Part shown: positions 55,780 to 64,000 of the stretch, one piece after another | Numbering within the stretch: the first letter of the stretch is position 1 | Layout of the letters: each line of letters begins with the position of its first letter | Origin: the human T2T-CHM13v2.0 reference genome, Homo sapiens | DNA length: 64,000 nt | NCBI RefSeq assembly: GCF_009914755.1 | Contig: NC_060945.1 | Direction: 5' to 3' (one strand) | The notes under the pieces: generated by a model | The model's input: the letters and a program-made list of their open reading frames with translations, nothing else | Database searches by the model: none | What the model was told of the DNA's origin: nothing | Position numbers and translations under genes: made by a program

Positions 55780-56900
55780 TAATTATCTTGGAGACTCTCC
55801 ATGTGTCTCAATCTTCATTACTACTACCATGAAAGTGCAAGCTAAAGCACCTATTTTCATTCTAAGGCAATGGCTTCTGACCTCTTCTACCCATATCCAT
55901 GCATATCCTTTCAGAATTCATCTTCTACACTGCAGCTAGAGGGAATTCTTAAAAACAGAAACTGATAATTTCACTTGGCTTAAATCCTTTAATGGCTTCT
56001 TCTTTGATATTGTTTTGCTCTGTGTCCCCACCCAAATCTTATCTTGAATTATAATTCCCACCTGTGGAGGGAGGGCTCTGTAATCCCCATGTGTCGAGGG
56101 AAGGAGGTGATTGGATCATGGAGGTGGTTTCCTCCATGCTGTTCTCATGATAGTAAGTGAGGTCTCATGAGACCTGATGGTTTTATGTGTTTGACAGTTC
56201 CTCCTTCACAGGATCTCTCTCCTGCCACCTTGTGAAGCAGGTGCACACTTCCACTTCCGCCATGATTGTAAATTTCCTGAGGCTTCCTCAGCCATGGAAC
56301 TGTAAGTCAATTAAACCTCTTTCCTTTATAAATTACCCAGTCTTGGACATTTCTTTATAGTGGTGTGAAAACGGACTAGTACATTCTTTTTCCTCAAAGA
56401 CCAAGTCCCTATATGTATTGGTCTCTGCCTACATTTTCTTTTTTTTTTTTTTTTTTGACCAATTTAACTCTGCTCTCTGTGCTCTAACCTCACTGACTTT
56501 TGTTAAATTTTTCAGGTGAATTATGCTACTATGCTACCTATTGCCACAGGACAACTATCTGGGATTTATTTTTATTCATTCAACAAATATAACTTGAGAG
56601 TTCCCCTTTCCCCTAGTTAATTTCAACTCAAACTTAAAACCAAAGCTCAGACATTCTTGGAATCCTCAGTGAAAGCTGGATTTCTTTGTGAGAATCCTTT
56701 CTCTTTCTTTTGACAGCCTATGGGCATCAGTTGTAATCATATACTTGCTGGTGTGATTTTACGAGTCTCTGTCACCCTCAGTAGCCTGTAAGCTTTGGGT
56801 GATCAGGAATCAAATCTATCTCTTAACTTCCTGCTCTATGCTGTTTCCCAGCACAGTGCCTGGAAATTAATGAATAGTCTATTAATAGCTCTTAAATAAA
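55780..56900 (+). mobile_element. L2 3' remnant interrupted by THE1D
   Basis: tacactgcagctagagggaattcttaaaaacagaaactgat; cccagcacagtgcctggaa. Confidence 0.7.
56005..56383 (+). mobile_element. THE1D-type solo LTR
   Basis: tgatattgttttgctc...acggactagtaca; perfect 5-bp TSD TTCTT. Confidence 0.93.
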
Positions 56901-58789
56901 ACATTCATCAAATAATTCACAGAATATGACTTAGATTTAGAGGGCTATTATACATATATTTCTAAAGTTAAATATTTACTGTATGATTTCTCTTTGTTTT
57001 TCCACATTGTTCAACTTTGTGGTTTATCAATAGATTTCTGGAGGTAAAAGTTTCGCTCTCATTTGTGTTCTCATTCATATTTCCTTTGCCACAATATTTC
57101 TTGCACTATACTTCTTAGAAAAGCAATACTTGAGATCACGTATCTGTATTTTATTGAAGTTACTCAGTTTAAAGCCAGTCATCCTAAATCATTCTAAAGA
57201 CTTCTAAACTGACCTCTACTAAGGAAAAGAAAATGCTTATTTTTTGAAAAATGGCAGCCTTCCTATTCCAGATTTTTTTCCAAGCTTAACATATAGAAAC
57301 ATTTTCTCTCCCCCTGAATTTTACTTAGTCATAAGTTTTTAGCTCAAGTTTCAATTGTAATAGCTGGAAAACATTTAATGCTAAAAAAATGAATGGCTGC
57401 TTCCAAATAACACACTGTTCTTTGAGAAAGATCACTTAAAATATCAGATTCATCTCATCTCCATTATCAGTTGTTCTGAAAGTCTCCTTTGAGTCATTTA
57501 TCTTTGTAATCATTGTTTTCATCCATATATTGGCATTTAGACAGGTATTACAGATAGTATGTAAAAAAAATACACATGTATAAAAATGCGGCCATTATAC
57601 CCCTACTAAAATATTGATCATAAAGGAACCAAATTCAATGTGTTCATTTTTATAATAACTTTAAAGAATTCATGCTTAATTAAAAGTGATATATAAATCA
57701 TGGTGTTTGCTAGCACTATGGACTGTGCTGTTCCCATTCTGCCAAACTTAATATAAAATTAATTGTTAATTTTCAGACCCGTAGTCTTCTCTTCACCAAA
57801 AAATATGCTGATTGTTTAGACATGAGTCAGTGAATTATTAAACTTTATAACTGAGGGCTCTCTTTTGTGATGTCTTAAAGTAATTCTCAAGATTTGACAC
57901 TACTCTCAATGTCTACATTTGCTCCTTCTATACACTGAAAAAAAATGTTTTGTGACACAACTTTCTAGATAAGTCTATGCATCAAGTGTATTTCACAGTC
58001 AGTTGAATGGTTACTATTTCAGTAAAGTGCACTTAGCATTAAGAGTAGCATGACCTTGTAGGGTGGCAAAGAAGGGTTTATCTTTTGCACAATCAAACAC
58101 GACAGTGGACTAATCTAAATTTTTTTCCACTTTATAATACTCGAAGACCTCTAGGTTAGTCTGACCTTACATAAACAAATATAGCAATTCAACAGTCTTT
58201 CACATGCTTGTTCTAAACAAAACTTAAAGCCAAAATAGCCACCAATTCCAGAGTAACTGATGATTAACTTAGGGAGTACTTGGCTCTATCTTCAAGAAGG
58301 TTAACATGACCTGAAATGACAAAATGATTTTACTTACTTACATTGTATGCATTTCATGTGTTGTTAGGATAATGGTTATTTCACTTTTTGAAGGTCAGTC
58401 TGAAAAACTTGACCAGTAAATGTTTCTGTGGCATTGCCCTCTTTCAACCAGAATCTACAATTGTATTGAATGGCTTTTTATTTCTACCATGTTTTTTGGC
58501 CTTGGTAATAAACCACACTGACTCTCTCATTAAGTAGAAATCCAATTCCTTTTTTTCCAGGTGAAGGGAGAACATATTTCCCAATATTTAACCTCATGTA
58601 TGACTGTAATGAGACCTTATTTTTTTCATATCTCTACAGCATCTCTGCAGAGCATTCCATCCTGCTGAACAAGGCTAGTGTATGTCCTTGCTTGTGCCAA
58701 GCTCTTTCCAGACTCTGTGTTCCTAACATTCCCATGACCTGGAATATCTTCTTTCCGTCTGACATTTTTCTTTCTCTCCCTTGTCTATA

Positions 58790-58800
58790 GTGACTCAGCA
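58790..58800 (+). promoter_or_regulatory. ARE/NF-E2 (AP-1-containing) motif
   Basis: GTGACTCAGCA exact consensus match; motif only. Confidence 0.3.
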
Positions 58801-59859
58801 CTTTTAATGATTTTCTATGTACCTCATTATTATGATGGATGAAGCCCATGCCTGGGAAACACCACCATAACTGCATGTAACCAGCACCTCTTATGCTTCT
58901 TAGAAATTCAGCTCTAAATCTCCCCATTCATCTTTCATTCAGGAAATAAAGTTGGAATGTAAGTGAGAATTACATACCGTGAATCAAATCTATTGTTTTA
59001 AATGAAATAATTGGCAAGGCTTTGCAAATTATTCTAGCAGCGAATTATCTATAGCCCATGCCACAAGTGTATCATGGCATTGATTGAAATGCACGGATCA
59101 AGTCAAATTGAATCCTGTTTATTTATTAAGACTCAAATCAAATCAACTATAATTCAGACTATATTCATTCATTCACTCAACAGTTATTCATTGCCTGGAA
59201 CAGAAATTGCACAAGGTGTCAGGGCTATAAAAACAGATAAAGTAGTTATTCTCAAAATGAGCATGGGGCACTCCTCAGTTTTTTGTGACACATATTTTTG
59301 CACTTTTGAGTTGAGCGGATACAAAATCCTTCTGAATACAGCTCTCAAAGCAAAAACTCTATTTATTAGAAATAGCACAGAGATAGATATCTCCACTACA
59401 GTTAAACAGATAGACATGTAAATTAATAGTCAATCAGTAAACTATAATTTGCAGAGTTAGGTAAACAAGAGCAAAACTTTAATGCCTATTCATTAATTTA
59501 AAATGTATAATTTCTGTAGAACACCATTGGATCCTATGTGAGAGTAAAAAAAATAATCTCTGAATAGAAAGAACAAAGAATTTAGAAGGGGAGATAAAAT
59601 GTACACCCAAATAACAAAAATATTAAGCCAATGTCTTTGTAGATATAATGTCCATGCATTAATTCCATGTTATTTTCTCTAAGTCATTATTTTACCTACT
59701 GCACTATGACTTCTGATCTATGCCTTAATCTTGGATCTTACTGGCACCAGCAATCATTCCTTAGTTTCAAGAAAAAGTAACTTTTAAAATTCTGCATCTT
59801 ACTTGATCATTTCATAGAATTTAAAATTGAGAATCAAGGCTTCTCTGTTTCCAAGCACA

Positions 59860-60960
59860 ATACTTCCGATTTACATCTTACCTTTCTGACAATTCTCATT
59901 CATATATTTTGATCCTTTTTTGTCGTCTACCCCTGACATTTGGTGTTCCTCATTGTCCTTCAGTCTCATGTCTCTTCTCTTGAGATATTCTATCTGATTT
60001 ATTTTTTCTAATCTCAGGATGCTTAGGATTGAACAAGTCCACTAACACCATTCACTTCATAGTGTAAATGAATTGTCTTCCTAAAGTTGTACAGGGCAAA
60101 ATCTACATGGCCAAACCCATACATAATTGTTCTCCATCTATTTCTAGTCTAGAAACTCAGTTCTTTTTCCTTGACTTCTTCCCCATGGTTTATTTAATCT
60201 GTTCCATGAATTAGCCTCATGTATAAATTTACCTGTACAAGCAAAGTTACAGAGATTCCTCTCCACATTGTGTTCCAAACTGCCGCCATCATCCAATTCT
60301 TGAAGCCTGATATCCTTACTTTGTTCAATATTTGGGTTATTATTCACACATTTATTTTCCCAAACTAGAAGTTTAGGAGCCAACTTTGACTTCTTCCATT
60401 TTCTCCACACAAATTCAATCAGTCAGTGTGTCTTGTTAAATCTAACTCTGAAATGTTTTTCGAGTCTGTCACATCTTATTCATTCTTTACAGTTTTATAT
60501 ATAGAAAACAAGTGGTTCTCTTAACTTTTCATCCTGTCCTTAATGTGTCTCAATGTCATGAATTCTTCTCTGCCTATTCACTTTTTGGTCTTTTCTCACT
60601 GTTTCCTGAAAACCTATCTTTGCCCCTGATGTTTTCTTTATGTGAGTGATGTTTCTTACCAAACTATTATAAAAAAATAATTTCCAGGATTCAATTCCAA
60701 TGTGATTCCTTTTAAAACTTTTATTCTTTTAGTTTAATCATCCTCCATGAGATATTACCCTTTCCCTTCTTCTGTTTCCTACAGTATTTTATGTGTGCGC
60801 TAGCAAAACACCTTTGATAATGATCACTTCTTGTAAAATGCTTGTTTCCTTTAATAGACTGTAAATTTCTTCGGGGAAAGAACCAGGAGTTTTCTTTATT
60901 TATGTCTCTTTAGAATATGAATACATGATTAATATATAGAAGATACTTGAAACATTTGGG
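59860..60960 (+). mobile_element. L2 remnants
   Basis: caaactagaagtttaggagccaactttgact, aatagactgtaaatttcttcggggaaagaacc. Confidence 0.6.
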
Positions 60961-61203
60961 GGGAATTAAACTGCACTTCTAACGTTCATGTTAAACAACT
61001 AAACAGATGTTTTAAATATACAACACTAGGTGATTCTCACCCAAAAGGCATGCATATTTTAATGCATGATTTTCAGTGACTCTACTTATAAAACTAATGG
61101 GAAATTGACCAAAAGATGAAATATGTTTACCAGTTCCTGAAACTCACAGTTATTATTAAGCTACACAGTGATTTTAGGTGGTATTACTCACTTTGTTCGC
61201 ACA

Positions 61204-61513
<310 letters not shown>

Positions 61514-62149
61514 TAATGATTAAAATGAGAGAAATGTAGCTTTACTTCCTGAAAATTTACTTGCTTCTGTGGTCCACTCTCTTCCACTTTTATTCCATAA
61601 TCTTGAAAATAAACTGTTCAATAAACACTACTGATGCCTTAAAGATAACTTATAATAAGTAGGTAACATATATCAAGTCACAATTACTTTGACTACCAAC
61701 CCACCCTTCCATTTTGTTCCTGAAAATAAATCAGGAACAATAGATGAACTGTCAATCCCAGGTGTCTCTAAGGCAGAATATTTTTCTCTTGCCAGATCTA
61801 GAGTCATCCTTGTTCCCCTCATTCATATTGTGCTTAAACTTCGCAGGTTTCAACTCTATTTCTGCTCATCACAGTCTTCAAATTGGTTCTCTTTTTATTC
61901 TATCTTCAAACTACATTTATATCTTCCACAGTTGTTTCCCTTCATTTGATTTATGCAAGAAGAATTCAAAGAGCAGTGGAAGAAAGTTTGAGTAGAGAGT
62001 GCAGGATTAGAAACAATACAGAGGTCATGTGGGAGAAACACCAGACACTTGATACAATGTCCTTTTCCAGATGCAATGCCAACACATCATTATGGAGTCT
62101 TCCCAGGGCTCTCATTAACTACAACCTCTGCCCATGTTACTCAAAATGT

Positions 62150-62530
62150 GATTCAATTCAGTTATTCATTCAACATACGATAACTGTGTGCCTTGTATAT
62201 GGACAGTCATGTTCTAAGCTTGAGGGATACTACAGAGCACAACATAGTTCCTTTTCAAACAAAGCCTTTCTTGTATTCCTATGGGAGAAGACAGGCAATA
62301 AACAAATAGATACATAGCACATCAGTGGGAGAAATATGGTTTTAGGAAAAAAAAAAAACCTAACATGGCAATAGGATGGGGAGATGGAGGAGATTGTGTT
62401 ATTTTACATAGAATAGTCAAGTAAAGCCTCCCTTTGTGGGTGATATTTGAACAGAATATGAAGGAGGAAATGAGCCATAGGACTATCAGTGCAATGAATG
62501 AACCCAGCATGGGAAAGAATGAGTGCAAAC
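62150..62530 (-). mobile_element. L2a 3' end
   Basis: attcattcaaca..., ggtgatatttgaacagaatatgaaggaggaaatgagccat. Confidence 0.75.
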
Positions 62531-64000
62531 ACAGAACATACTCCAAGATCAACCACATGCTCAGACATAAAGGAAGAATGAATACGCTTTTGAAAATTGA
62601 AACAATGTCAAACATACATTTGGACCACAGTGGAATAAAAATAGAAATGAATACCAAAATAATCCTCAAAACCACATAATTGATGCATAAATTAAACAAC
62701 TTGCTCTTGAATGACTTTTAGGTAAACAACAAAATTAAGGCAGAAATGGGAAAATGTATAAAATAAATGAAAACAGACACATGATATACCAAAATCTCTG
62801 GGATAGAGCAAAAGCAGTGTTAAGAGGAAAGTTTATAGCACTAAATACCTATCTCAGAAAGTTAAAAAGATTTCAAACTAATGATCTAACATCACACCTG
62901 AGGAACTAGAAAAACAAAAACAAACTAACTCCAAAACTAGCAGGAGAAAGGAAATAACTAAAATCAGAACAAAACTGAATGAAATTGAGACCTTGAAATC
63001 CATGCAAATAATCAACAGAATCAAAAGTTGGTTTTCTGAATAAACAAGATTGATTGACATCTAGCTAGATCAATGAAGAAGATGGTTTTCTGAAAGGATA
63101 AACAAGATTGATTGACATCTAGCTAGATTAATGAAGAAGAGAGATTTAAATAAGCACAATCAGAAAAAACAAATCAGATAAATTTCTGGAAACACACAAA
63201 CTTTCTTTCACTGCTCTTTGAATTCTTCTTGCATGAAATCAAACATCACAACCAATCTCACAGAAGTACTATAGCATTATAGCATCTGCAAGACTACTGT
63301 GAACACCTCTGTGAACCAGGAAATCTAGAGGAAATTGATAAATTTCTGGAAACACACAGTCTCCCATGATGGAATCAGGAAGAAATTGAAACCCTGAACA
63401 GACCAATACCAAGTTTCAAAATTGAATCAATAGTAAAAACCTACCAACCAAAAAAATGTCCTGGACCAGATGGATTCACAGCTGAATTCTGCCACACAGA
63501 CAAAGAAGAGGGAGTATCAGTCTTACCAAAACTATTCCAAAAATTGAGGCAGAGGGACTCCTCTCTAACTCAATCTACAAAGTCAGCATCACCCTGACAC
63601 CAAAACCTGGAAAAGACACAACAAACAAAGAAAACTACAGGCCAATATCCCTGATGAACATAGATGCAAAAATCCTCAGCAAAATACTAGCAAACCCAAT
63701 CATCAAAAAGTTAATTCACTATGATCAAGTAGCCTTCACTCCTGGGATGCAATATTGGTTCAACATATGCAAATAAATAAATGTGATTCACGACAGAAAA
63801 AAAATTATAAACAAAAACTATATGATTATTTCCATAGATGTGGAAAAAAACTTTAGATAAATTTAACATACTTTCATGATTAAAAAAAAAACCCTCAACA
63901 AACTAGGCATTAAAGGAATAGACCTCAAAATAATAAGAACCATGTATGACAAACCCACAGTTAACATCATACTGAAGGGGCAAAACTGAAAGCATTCCTC
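62531..64000 (+). mobile_element. Older L1PA ORF2 remnant (end of endonuclease domain into RT), continues past window
   Basis: Translates as TYSKINHMLRHK...DHSGIKIE; ggaccagatggattcacagctgaattct; aactacaggccaatatccctgatgaacatagatgcaaaaatcctc; disrupted reading frame. Confidence 0.93.

Noticed and set aside
62531-64000. Functional reverse transcriptase gene
   Set aside because: Decayed L1 ORF2 with frameshifts, stops and insertions

Overview
This is AT-rich primate (human-like) non-coding genomic DNA, either intergenic or deep intronic. Roughly half or more is recognisable interspersed repeat: 11 Alus (J/S/Y), L1 fragments (L1PA/PB/MA/MB/MC/ME), L2, MIR, solo LTRs (two MER52, LTR18A, THE1, MLT1, MLT2, LTR16, LTR33) and DNA-transposon fossils (MER1A, MER47, MER58B, Charlie1, MER53, MER5A). 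I find no protein-coding gene, RNA gene or CRISPR array. The longer ORFs in the track lie in GC-rich LTRs, Alus, L1s or microsatellites. I see no evidence of a novel biological system. The best observations are structural: (1) a complex templated insertion in an L1 at 63.2 kb that includes an inverted 47-bp copy of sequence 1.2 kb upstream; (2) two L1 pieces (48-51 kb minus, 62.5 kb onward plus) that could be one element split by a ~14 kb inversion; (3) an AluY without a clean TSD at an apparent deletion; (4) a head-to-head Alu pair 32 bp apart; (5) an LTR18A with an intact AP-1/ARE site; (6) a few candidate plus-strand exons, one with its splice donor duplicated by an L1 TSD. Repeat subfamily names come from recalled consensus sequences and need RepeatMasker/Dfam confirmation. 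Boundaries of old repeats are approximate.
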